DNA of 63,327 bases, the filler included, from Ionaspis alba (taxonomy: Eukaryota), in assembly GCA_964255285.1 (NCBI GenBank). It is 16 parts of 16 records of this genome, joined end to end, with 100 filler letters (N's around TTAATTAATTAA, not from the genome) between each part and the next. Parts side by side here need not be neighbours in the genome. Positions count along the whole stretch, not along the records: positions 51,786 to 55,604 come from CAXUUL010001169.1; positions 55,705 to 59,474 come from CAXUUL010001170.1; positions 59,575 to 63,327 come from CAXUUL010001171.1; 13 more parts are not named here. The stretch is one strand, 5' to 3'. A model generated the notes under the pieces. It worked only from the letters and a program-made list of their open reading frames with translations, did no database searches and was not told the origin of the DNA. Position 1 is the first letter of the stretch, and every line of letters starts with the position of its first letter. The translations under genes and the position numbers were made by a program. Shown here in pieces: positions 51,786 through 63,220 of this stretch.

Positions 51786-53241
51786 ATGCCTCGCAAAGGC
51801 TGGATGTAAGCCAAACCCTCCTCATTACTTCGGTGCTCTAGCTGATTCAACCAGCGACAAATCCAAGTCGACAACCTACGCTCTTGTCCACCGCCCACAA
51901 AATGACCCCCAACTCCACGATGCGTCCTCTTCCTCTATGGTCTTCCAGGAGCTTGCTCCAACGCAAGCTCACAAGATCAAAAGCCGGAATGATTTGGAAA
52001 CTGAATTGTTCGGTGGCTCGAGTGTTGGTGGCGACGAAAATCTGCATCTTAGGGACAATGAGGGCGAGGCTGCGGAGTACGGAATCTTTTATGACGACAC
52101 AGAGTATGATTACATGCAACATATGCGAGATCTGAATAGTGGTGATGGGAGTGGAGAAAGTTACTTTGTTGAGGCGCCCGCGAGGAAGCAGAAAGGAAAG
52201 GATAAGATCAGTCTTGAGGATGCCCTACAAGAGGTCAAACTGGAGGATGCCAAGAACAAGGCAGCAGCGAACGAGACTGCTTCTTACCTCCTAGATGACT
52301 CTATGCTACCATCTAAGAATTTAAATAGGACTAGCTACCAAGACCAGCAAGATATTCCAGATGCCCTTGCAGGATTTCAACCAGATATGGATCCACGATT
52401 GCGTGAAGTATTAGAAGCTCTCGAAGACGAAGACTATGTCGATGACGAGGAAGATGTTTTTGGCGAGCTAGTGAAAGACAGAGAGGAGGTTTCCCTTGCC
52501 GAGTTCGAAGAGTTAGGGCTTGACGAGGGGGACACCGAGGACGATCCGGGATGGGAAACAGATGATACCGCCAAGCCGAGCAAAGAATATAAAGATCAAC
52601 CACGTGATATGCCATCAGCTCCTAGTACCAATGGCATGCCAATAAATGAAGGTCCAGACAACGGTGATGGAGATTGGATGGCGGAATTCAGCAAGTTCAA
52701 AAAAGCAACAAAGGTGGCCAAGAAGGACAAGCCAGTTGCGCCTTCAAATGCCGAACTACAGTCGTCGATTATGAGTGGGTCATCATTGGCAGGACGGAAG
52801 AAGAAGCGGAAAGGTGCAATGACCTCCAGCACCGGCTACTCCATGACAAGTTCCTCCCTTTTCCGTACCGAAGGCCTCACCACACTTGATGCACGCTTCG
52901 ACAAGATCGAGGAAGAGTATGCCGAGGATGATGGTATGGAAGAAAATGATGACGATGGAGCGGCATCGGTGATGACGGGGCGGATGTCCACTATTTCTAG
53001 ATCGTCAAACATGTCGAAAATGTCTAATCTGTCAGGTCTGTCAACAACGAGCAGTCAAGCACCAAATCTGATAATGAGGAGTGACTTTGATGGCATCATG
53101 GATGAGTTCTTGGGAGGGTATTCAATGAGTGGCAAAAAGCGGGTCAAGAAGGGTGGCTACCAGAGTGGGTTGGAGCAGTTGGACGAGATCAGGAGAGAGC
53201 TTGGTCCGCCCAGGATTGCTGTGCAGAAAGCTGGCCGATGA
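51786..53241 (+). CDS. ltv1: 40S ribosome biogenesis factor Ltv1; 2 exons
   Basis: [86 protein letters not shown]. Confidence 0.93.
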
Positions 53242-53757
53242 CGAGATATTTCGACAGATTGTTGTGCTTTTGAAGTTATCTGGTCGTTTAGTTGCAGCGT
53301 GCGAAATGGAAGGGCTCATGAGAGCCAAATATACCCCTTTATCATCTCCATGTATCAACTTAGCCAGTCACCGTACATTCAAAAGAGGTTTGGGACCGCG
53401 AATGTGTTATACTCGAGACGTTGCAAATCGAGGCCTACGTCATCCTCTTGATCCAAGACTATATCGTGGGCGGTATTGAAATGATTCTGAGGGCATCACT
53501 CTCGACGGCTGAGAAACTTACGGTTCGATGTCATACATTGCAATTCTTGGCCTTCGTACGAAGGTGGTCATTCATTGGCTAATGCAAAATTGTCCAATGA
53601 AGGCTCTCGGCGTCGTGGCTTTGCATATTCAAGAGGACTGCCTGCAGCAGAGCCCCGTTACTCAGCTGCATCTCTCAGCCTGGTCTTGTATATCACTCCT
53701 ATCAACCAGAAGGCGTCGTTGCAAGCTCCCACTTTCTCGGTCCATTTAAGAGTTACA

Positions 53758-55604
53758 ATGGATCCAGTAACCATCATCGGGACAACAGGCGCTGTTGCAA
53801 ACATCATCGACGTGATATGCAAGACCATCAAATCGCTGCGTGATATCCGTGAAAGATGGAACAGTGCAGACTCGACGATATTCTACCTCATAGCACAGCT
53901 GAATGCCCTTAAAGCAGGACTGAGCAAGATTTCGGAATGGCTCTCGGCTGATCTTCAAGATGTGCCTCAGCATTACCAGCTTGTCATTGATCTCGAAGAG
54001 TCCATCACCTGTTGTCGAATGTTGATCACTACTATGGATGTGCATATCTCCAAGCTCAACTGGAATGCATCGAATGAACTCGAGTTTGAAAGCAGAATCC
54101 GAACTATCTTCGAGGATAAGGCGGGCCAAGATTTTCAGAAACATATTGAGGCACAAATAAGTGCTCTGAATCTGTTATTGACAGCCTGTAGCTGGTGGGA
54201 ACTTGATCTCATAGTATTGTCCAGCATGACTAACGTTACCAACAGCAAAACACTCTCTGAACAACAGAAGTGGCTGGAAACACCAGTCAATCGTCGGGTG
54301 TTTGATCAATCCAAAGACAATTCCTCCTCGCTGTTTGTCCTGCGAGACTCGTCATCTACTCTGAGCAAGTGGACGCAGTCTACTGTGAACTCTTCGAAGC
54401 TATCGAGGGTATTCGTATTTGATCAGGAGTTGATGACCTCCAAGGTTTATCAGCGGCTTTTTCGAGCTTTGTGCAAACGCTCCGTCTGTGGGAAAGAATT
54501 GGAGGGCTCTTTAAATCTCGTGTCTCAAACGAGTCCACGCAACAAAACCATACCGGAAAAGAAGGATTCAGTTCTAAGATCGAAGGCGGTCGACCAGACC
54601 CTCCAAGAGGAGGCAAGACAGATGGGAGAGTACAGATTGGTGATTGTGGGAGGCCCGAGTGGCGGGAAACAATTAATGTTGAGGTTTATGAGATTGAAAA
54701 TTCGGAAATCTTTCACTGCAGAAGAGCTCCAGAACTACCGATCTATCATACAATCTACCCTAGTCGATCTCGTATGCGAATTGGTAGCACTTGGATCTCT
54801 ACATCATGAAGTCAGAGAGCTTTCGCAGTCAATTCCTAAGCCGTCGACACTGGCGGACCTGGTCAACGATAACTTTGCTGTGGTTACGGCAGCTAAGAGC
54901 CTGTGGTATAAGCAGAATGTGCAACAGCTTTTACTCGAGCAGGATATGAGTAGGTATTGGTTGTACCCTTAGTAAGTTTACGAGTTATCCCTGACTTCTG
55001 TAAAGCCTGTTGATGTCTCACAGTCTCTTCAAACACATACGGAGAATTTGTTCTCCAGACTATATACCAGCAAAATTTGACATAGTTCTCTTGCCATCGG
55101 AGAAATTGCCATATGGAACGCAAACAGAAGTTTCAGAACCCGTCGATTTGGATCAATCTAGCCTGGGTGTCTGCGACATCGCTACTGAAGAATCACTACC
55201 AGAAGGGTGGATCTGCCAAGTCGCAGATATCAACTCGATTTTTTATCGTCAAGATAAGCGGATAGATTCTAGTTTTGCCGGAGGACCCACTCACTAAGAA
55301 GCTCGTGAAGAGCTTGATGATGTTTGAACTTGTGGTTAACTCCAAATGGTTTACAAAAATTCAGTGGCTTTGGTTTTCCGCGACGGTCAAAGAATCACAA
55401 GACGGCTTGCTCAGAGCCCAATGGAACAACAGCTCACGAATTATGCCGGGGACAACGACATTAAAAGAGCTGGCAACTATACTTCTTGGCAGTTCAGCCA
55501 GTTCAATCACGCCGATCTTGTGATGAATAAGATTGTATTTGATGCGACGGATTTCGACCTCATCACATTCACCCTGACCATTGTAAAGAACGTCATCATT
55601 AGCT
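53758..55604 (+). pseudogene. HeLo-like N-terminal domain fused to a degenerate class III G-protein alpha domain; frameshifts/stop in the 3' part, truncated at the contig end
   Basis: MDPVTIIGTTGAVANII..IEAQISALNLLL N-terminus. G-alpha-like segments: RSKAVDQTLQEE, RICSPDYIP, SLMMFELVVNSKWF, YAGDNDIKRAGNYTSWQFSQFN, DATD. Introns at 54195-54245 and 54972-55023; lesions at 55239-55265 and 55355-55359. Confidence 0.75.
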
Positions 55605-57494
55605 NNNNNNNNNNNNNNNNNNNNNNNNNNNNNNNNNNNNNNNNNNNNTTAATTAATTAANNNNNNNNNNNNNNNNNNNNNNNNNNNNNNNNNNNNNNNN
55701 NNNNGTAGTCGGGAGTAGTCTGGGAGGAGTCTCACATGCAGCTTCTACTCCCAAGTATGCGTGACTATGCAGGCAGATTGCCCTGGGTATTGTTGTCACG
55801 AACTCCGCTGATTTTCTACGATAGAGAAAAATCCCCGTGTTTGACTGCATGGTCGATTTAGTAAATGGGCTTTCCTGTCACAAGCAATATTTCCCCCTTA
55901 TTCTCTATACCACATTGCAAACCGCAACAGCATCGTGGTGAACAAAGGAGTAGGATTCTAAAAAGCACTTTCAAACAAGCTTAAATCCAACATGGTGTTG
56001 CTCAAAAAGCGAAGTACATGCCCCCTTCGTTGTTGATCCTCCGATACGTGTCACCGCTTGTGGGTCGCAGAGAACAGTTCTATCGATCCTTCAACAGTGG
56101 CAGATGAAACAACCTACCTGAAACTGGACCTGAAGATCTTCAAGGACAAGCTGCATGAGTGTCGTACAACTCGATTTGACTGCTGACGACCGAGTACATA
56201 CACGGATGCACTGACCACTGCTGCTGCCAACGACGACGAAGGCTTTTTGTAGTACGAGCATCATTGGCAGACCGCAACCCCACAAATAATCCCCTCCATT
56301 ATTCGTGGGATATTAATATGACAGGCTCAGGGCGATCCACGTTTGTGTGCATCTTGGCGGCACAAAGTGCACCCCGCTTCCAACATCCAGCCAACTGGAA
56401 AGGAGAGGGAGGATGCCGAATCGTGCTTAAGCGCCCTCCCAGCCAGAACAATGCGAAGAGTTGCTCCTCTGCCGATCGTCTAGACCATGAAGCATGAATG
56501 CGAGCAGTCCGGCGAGAATGGTTCACATGTGGCCGGGTGGTTTTTCATTTTTCTGAGAAGATGCCTCGTTCGTTGATTGGGTAGACATCATGCTCACCGC
56601 CAGTCTGAGCGTGAACTGGTAGCCCATTCTTCAAGAACATGAGGGGGAACATAGATCGCGTTTTGATTGGATGGAAGGACCCATCTTTAGTGAGGAGCCA
56701 CAATGATGCCAGCAGAAACTGCACACAATGCGCACTGATTGACAGGCACAGTTCGGCCTGTCATTGGGAGGTGACATTCAAAGGTTCATTGTCGTGCCGC
56801 ACAACAGAGCGGTGGAGGACGACGGATGGGCCAATTACGGGGGGTTGCCCCTATATGTGCGCCCCTTGTTTCCCCTAGGCCAGACCAACCAGGGGCTGGT
56901 CGCACGCCAATGATTGGTTTGCACCTGAACGGAAACGATAATCAATCACCTCCACGCCTAACCCCTTCCGTCCCCAGCCAACAGGGGACACGCTCTAATC
57001 ATCTCCCTCCACCACCCAAACTACACGATTCCATCTCCTCCTCTTTTCCCATCATCACCTAATCATCGGCCACTCTGTACCATTCCTCCTCCATCTCCCT
57101 CCTTCTCGCCCTTCTTTTTCTTGTTAGCTGTCGTCCTCATTCTTCTTGCCTGGTTGAGTGGAAGGAAAAGGAAGAGACCCCAAAAAGCACAAAGACACTT
57201 AGACAGCCTGTCCGACAGCATTTTTTTGCTTCTTCCGTGCAACTTGGAACCTCCCTTCCACCAATCCATAATCCGAGAAGGCCTGCTTGTGATTTGCAGC
57301 GCAACATCACAGCTCTTTCCGACAGTCCTTTGTGTGTGCCTATCGAAATCTACCTAAATAATACGAAAGCTTTCTGCAATCATTATTTCACGTCCAGGGC
57401 GTCGCGCCTTCTTTTTTCTAATTCACTTGTCGCCCTAATCGTTTCGAAACTTTTTTTCCCATTCACACGTGGCGGCAACCACAGCTTCAATACG

Positions 57495-57572
57495 GTGAGC
57501 AATCACTATTCATCTTCCACACAATTGCACTTCACCTTTCTATGGTCGACTAATTTTTGGATGGTTGCATAG
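57495..57572 (+). other. Probable 5'-UTR intron of the gene starting at 57897
   Basis: GTGAGC donor, CTAAT branch point at 57550, TAG acceptor; downstream of a CT-rich initiation region. Confidence 0.55.
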
Positions 57573-57896
57573 AAGAGGGACAAGATCCGCTGCCAATTCG
57601 CCTTGCCCTTGAAGCCGCTTGGATCAGCTTTTTGTTATCGAGCAGATTCGACATAGAAACTCTTCCTAATTCTCAACACTTCACCTTGACGCGTATCTGG
57701 ACCACTTGCACCTACAAGTAGCCAACGACGCTGTCATCCCTACCTTGTCCACACGTGGAACCGACTTCGATATAAAGTCTCTGACTCCCACTCAGCTCCT
57801 CCACTTCGCTGTACAAAGCTCTTCTTTTCCAGTAACACTACCGCTGAATCATCACGATCACGCACTTTACCAAGTCTTCTATTCTCATCCGCCAAT

Positions 57897-59474
57897 ATGA
57901 GTCTCGACGCTGGCGGTCTCGCTCAAATGACATACAACCACAACACCTTTAGTAGCAGCCTTGGTCTTCCAGGCTCTGGCTTTGCTTCCCGTGGCAAAGG
58001 CTCCAACATCAAACGCCTCAGCGTTGCACCGCCTTCCACGATCTCGACCATCGATGAGAATCAGCCTGTTCAGCCAAGGACAAGCCGTTCTCACCTTCTT
58101 GCCGGTCTACGAACCGCTCCGAAGTCGCCAACATATCCGACATCCGCTCCTCCTACTCAGCTCGAGCAACGCGTACCATTTGAGCGAAATCGATATGCCG
58201 ACCAGGAGAACACGTTCACAGGTCGTAATGTTCCGAAGACAGCGACCGGTTCCAGCTTTCCAAATGCCATGCAAAATCAGTACAACATGAGCGGTATGAA
58301 CCGTATGTACTCGCCAGAGCAGGTTCTTGCCCCGCCTGAGATTCATATTGGTGATGGTCCAGCCGACGCTCAAATGGACCCGAGTATCTACGAAGAGCTT
58401 CGGGCCACCAATCAATACCTTGCTCAGCAACAGATGCGCCTTCAGCAGCAACTCATCAACGTGACAGCTGCCGCTGCTCAACAATTCTCGGACCTGAGCC
58501 TCGGTCAGCAACAACAGTATAGCCAACTGCCAATGACACCCGGCATGGGTTTCTACAATCAACAGCTCCAACAAGGACTTCAGCCTATTGTTCAGGCAGT
58601 TCCCAACCAGCCAGGCGTCTATACTGTCTACAACCCCATGAGTGGACAAGTGAACTACTTCTTCGACCAAAGGAACCAACAAAACCAATTTGAGCCACAG
58701 CAAACCATGTCGAATCTCGAGCTTAGCCACTCACCACCCCCACCGACACCGACCTTCCGTGCCCAAGTCTCGCCTCCACCAGAGTCACCAACACCAATGA
58801 ACACCTACCGCACTAATTCACCACCAAAAACTTCTCCGTCACCCCCACAAGAAGATGTAAATCCACTCCCGCCACCCTCAGCAAATGCTTTCCGCCCTTC
58901 ACACAGAAAAGCTCTCTCACTAGCGAACAGCATCAACAACATTAAAGTCACCGAGGCGCCAAAAACTGGAGGTCTTAAATCTTCTGGATTCCCGCCCACC
59001 CCCATGACCGGGACTTTCGGACCCGGCCAAGCCCGCGCCGGCGACCATCCACTCCGCCAGCCTCGCGGACCTCCATCCCTGGAAGAGCTTCTAGCCAAGC
59101 CAACGACCAAATTCGAAGGCAGCAAGAACTTCGCCACTCGCCAGCGTCGTCGTGCTGTTCACAATCTCGTTCGAGCTGGGATGGAGCGACGGACCGCCTC
59201 TCGAGGCAACGGCTCCATGGACAGCGTCGATAGCTTGACCCCCGCCAGCGAGGGCGAAATCACCTTTTCCATCTCCTCGGACAACGACTCCGAGAGCACG
59301 GGTAGTGGCAGCGCGAGTCTTTCCGGGAAGCCGAGTTTCGGGAGTTTGCGGGCTGCTGCTAATGGGGCGATTGGGTCGGAGCGGAAGGAGATGAAGGAGA
59401 GGTCGAGAGAGAGGAGCTCCGTTGATGGTCGGGTTACGGCTGCTTCTGTGAGTAGTGAGGAGGGAGCGGGGATT
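57897..59474 (+). CDS. Conserved-looking low-complexity (Q/N- and P-rich) hypothetical protein; 3' truncated
   Basis: Uninterrupted ORF of more than 520 codons; motifs KRLSVAPP, PRTSRSHLLAGLRTAPK, RQPRGPPSLEEL...KNFATR. Confidence 0.8.
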
Positions 59475-59972
59475 NNNNNNNNNNNNNNNNNNNNNNNNNN
59501 NNNNNNNNNNNNNNNNNNTTAATTAATTAANNNNNNNNNNNNNNNNNNNNNNNNNNNNNNNNNNNNNNNNNNNNCGCAGCGCCCTTGAACAGGCAGGAGA
59601 GTTGTGTTGTTTCTTAGGGGTAATGGCTACTGAGGTTGATGCGTTATGATACCGATTGGCTTCTTTCTTTTCCAGTCTATATTTATTGGCGGTGTGAATA
59701 CCTCTTATATTGAGCCCAACCGTGTATATTGTATCTTCTTTTTACATGGATCGAATACAAGTAGATAGATATGAACTCAATACCCTCATGCAAACATATT
59801 GAAAAAATGTTTAAGAAAAGCATGCATGTTATAACCAATTGCTCATGCCATGCATCCAATACTTCCCACATGATCGTGTTATCCTATGAAACATACCTGA
59901 GCACACTCAAAGCCACTCATCCGAGCAGTCCATTTATGCCTCGATACGAGCCCTGCTAAATCGTATGCACAG

Positions 59973-61862
59973 TCACAAGTAACCACCGCACTCAAGCATA
60001 CTCTTGCTAGCCACAAAGCTGAATCCGCCGAACGGATTTCCCTCATCCATAGCCCACCCATCATGCGTGGTCTTCAATGGGCTAATAGCCAAATCGGTAA
60101 AGTCACTCGAAAAATTCTCCGCCAATGCTGGATCCGTGATCAAGGGCTTGATCGGTGGTTCCAGCTCCCTTTTCTCAAGTGCCTTCCACTCGATCTTCCG
60201 AAAGAAGCGATGCTTTTTGATGGTCTGCAAATCTTTCGGCATATTACCTCCAAGCCGCTTGCTAGGCTCCTTGCGCAGGAGTCGAGTGAGCAGATCCTTG
60301 GCGTCGGGGCCGAGGAAGTAGGGCAGGACGAGTTTCTGCTTGAGAATGTTCTGCTGGATCTTCGCGTGATTCCCACCCTTGAATGGTGGGGAGCCAGTCA
60401 GAAGGTCGAAACCAAGCGCTCCGAAGGACCACCAATCAACTGCAGTACCATAGTTGTGGCCAAGGATGACCTCTGGTGCCATGTACTCGATAGTGCCAAG
60501 GAATGAATTGCATGGAGTCGAGTCGTCGAGCGCAACTTTGCTAAGACCAAAGTCTGTAAGGAGAAGGTGGCCTTCAGCGTCTAGAAGACAGTTCTCAGGT
60601 TTGAGATCGCGGTAGAGGACGCCAACAGTCTGGTGTAAATGTTCGAGGGCAAGCACCATTTCAGCCATGTAGAAAGCAGCGGTCTCCTCGGGAAACATGC
60701 GCTCCGTGGCAAGGTGGGTAAAGAGCTCGCCGCCTTGGGCATATTCGAGAATCAGGTAGAGCTTTTCGTGGTCCTGAAATGCATAGTAGAGCTTCACGAC
60801 AAAAGGGTGTCGGTTGATGCTTTCCAAAATGACACGCTCGGTCTTGGTCTGCTCTACCAAGCGTTTGTGGACCGTGAGGGAGGCTTTGCGGAATTGCTTT
60901 TGAGCGTATAGGCGGCCTGTCGCAGCTTGCTTCACTAAATGAACGGTGCCGTATGTTCCTTTCCCAAGGCAGGTCAACGGTTCGAAATCGGCAGATGTCA
61001 TCTTCCTATGAACGTCTTCTGACATTATATCCTGTGAAAATGCATTTTGCTCTTCTTGGCTGATATCGCAACTCACAAAATCATGCTCCAGGTTGACTTC
61101 ATAGCTCGTCATCTCCGTGTGATCAGTGTCACTTGCTGTCTCGGAGGCGGCGCTATTACTGCTTGGAGTTGCCGATCCTAGCTTGCTCTTAGTCCTGATC
61201 ATTGAAGGCATCCCTGGGACCGGTTCTAGATCTAACGCATCGAGCTGCTGGCGAAGAGCACTGATCCCACCGCATGCCGAGGACGGTCGTAAGTAGGGGC
61301 TGCTAGTGACACTGCCAATATTCGGCGTGCCTAGATCTCTCTTCCTAAAGTCACTAGGAGGCAACGAGAAGTCGGACTCCTCACCACCCGATAGCACAGG
61401 TGTCGAAACGAGTCCTCGTCCGGCATGTAGTGCTGGAGTCGCCGCCTTCTTCTCTGCTCGCTTCTTCCTCCTTTTCGCCTTTCCAGTAAGATTCACAGCA
61501 GTCAGTGTTGCATCTGCCATATCAACATCGTTCTGTGCATGGTTGCGTTGTCGGCTTCTACTTCTCGACGCCGATGGAGTCATCGCAATCGGTCTTGACG
61601 GAGTACGAGAAAGCTCGGCAGGCAGAATTTCAGGACCTATGTCAAGAACAGTATCCATGATCGAAACATCCTGAGGAGAGTTCTCCTCATGCAGGAGTAC
61701 GCTGATCGGGTCGACCGCATTGCTCTCACTATTTGTCTGTCTGGTCTTCTTGCGCTGTGATCTCCCAACTCGCGTATTGGAGTCCTCCATGTCCGCAACG
61801 CTGAATGGGATATTTCCTCCGGGAGGCAGCACCAAGGTAGCCGGTTCGCAGAACGGTGACAT
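59973..61862 (-). CDS. psk1: AGC-family S6 kinase-like protein kinase Psk1/Ypk3
   Basis: LGKGTYGTV, YAQK, HPFVVKLYYAFQ, YRDLKPEN, TDFGLSK, GTIEYMAPE, hydrophobic motif FGGFSF. Confidence 0.9.
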   Translation of the reverse strand: MSPFCEPATLVLPPGGNIPFSVADMEDSNTRVGRSQRKKTRQTNSESNAVDPISVLLHEENSPQDVSIMDTVLDIGPEILPAELSRTPSRPIAMTPSASRSRSRQRNHAQNDVDMADATLTAVNLTGKAKRRKKRAEKKAATPALHAGRGLVSTPVLSGGEESDFSLPPSDFRKRDLGTPNIGSVTSSPYLRPSSACGGISALRQQLDALDLEPVPGMPSMIRTKSKLGSATPSSNSAASETASDTDHTEMTSYEVNLEHDFVSCDISQEEQNAFSQDIMSEDVHRKMTSADFEPLTCLGKGTYGTVHLVKQAATGRLYAQKQFRKASLTVHKRLVEQTKTERVILESINRHPFVVKLYYAFQDHEKLYLILEYAQGGELFTHLATERMFPEETAAFYMAEMVLALEHLHQTVGVLYRDLKPENCLLDAEGHLLLTDFGLSKVALDDSTPCNSFLGTIEYMAPEVILGHNYGTAVDWWSFGALGFDLLTGSPPFKGGNHAKIQQNILKQKLVLPYFLGPDAKDLLTRLLRKEPSKRLGGNMPKDLQTIKKHRFFRKIEWKALEKRELEPPIKPLITDPALAENFSSDFTDLAISPLKTTHDGWAMDEGNPFGGFSFVASKSMLECGGYL

Positions 61863-63220
61863 AGTCAAGTCACTCCCTCCAGGTTCTCTGGACAGCGCAA
61901 CAAGAATCTGTCTGACGCTCTGTTCCGCCTATACCGTCAATCTAAGCCAGGTAGCCTTGACGATTAATTTAGCACAAGTACCCTTCAGCATGTGACAACA
62001 TCCTTACCAATTTCCTATTCGAGATATCTCTCACAGAGTATTACCGTCCGCCCATTCAGGACGGACCAACCGCCAGTAGCCAAAGAAGTCTATTATTTGA
62101 CACCTCCCGGGCGCAATTTCCAGCAGCTGAGAATTTTCCAAAACGACCGAGGTCGAAGGGAGTGAAAAAAGATGTAATGTTGAAGGTATTTTCGAAGGTT
62201 TCGTAGTAACCCATAGATGAAGATAGCGAATCAAAGGTAAAGTCAAATTTCGTGAAGTTGTTTGTGGTTGGAATGGCGAACAATTCTGGTAGAGTTTGTG
62301 TGGAAGTCGTGCAGAAAGTACGACACGAATTAAGAGGTTGGATGTTCTGCATTGGGTTAGCACCCTGACTCAGCCTTTCAGCGCTAAGATCTAGAAGTAA
62401 CCCTGCCCAGATGGCGTGAATCTGACTACAACTCTTTAGGCATTATTGTTTCTCCGATTTGGAGCGTCGAGCGTATTTTGTCCCCGCAATCTCATGACTC
62501 TCAAGCTAGGTGCCACCAACGGAACTTACAGAACAACTTGTACAGTTGGGTGCGAGTTTGCCTGAGACAAGTGTACTGTTGAATTCGCAAACCCCGTGGC
62601 AATTGTACTGTCCTGGCGAACTATGGGACAGTGGAGTTACTTCCCAAGAGAATCATGATTTGTTGTGGGAGCCTTTCAATCCACTTCAGAATATGCACTT
62701 CGTATATTTGTGATTGGGGCTTTTCGAGCTTTGTTTTCAATCGGTTGTTTGTAAATTTGTTGTTTCGTAGTGCTCTTTCAACTTTTCCAGTCCTCTCTTC
62801 ATTCAATTTTGATTAATCACTTCTACCAATCAGCTATTCAATAATTCATTCACAACTGAAGCCAATATAGTCCCTGATCACTATATAATGTCTTCAGAAC
62901 ACAACTTCCGTCTCCTCGACGCGGTCCTTACAGCACAGCAGAGACAGTCGTCAAGCATCCCAAGCAATTAAATAGACACGGCGAAAATCACGTGACATAT
63001 TTCCCCCTTACTCCCACAAAAGACTCATTGGAGTTTACTATTACTCCGGGATGGTAAATGTCTAAACAATCTCCCACTGGAACTTCTGCTCATCATGCAG
63101 ATATCTAGTGACATAGACAAGAGTGCAGAAACTGTGCCCGAGAATTCCTCCTTTTTGAAAAAAGGGCCCGTCTTTGTTTTTGTTATTCTTCGATTGAGCC
63201 TCAATTATGCTGTACCATAA

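Noticed and set aside
53575..53757. N-terminal extension of the 465-aa ORF upstream of the HeLo-like domain
   Set aside because: It starts at a non-ATG codon; MDPVTIIG at 53758 is the typical start for this domain type.
3928..59574. Regularly spaced TTAATTAATTAA palindrome every ~4 kb as a biological repeat or CRISPR-like array
   Set aside because: It is always embedded in N44 flanks with six-frame stops: a pseudomolecule linker. ORFs containing X or ending in LIN are artefacts of it.
62031..62816. Short ORFs upstream of psk1 as a gene or uORFs
   Set aside because: No recognisable homology, frames are interrupted, and the transcript start is unknown.
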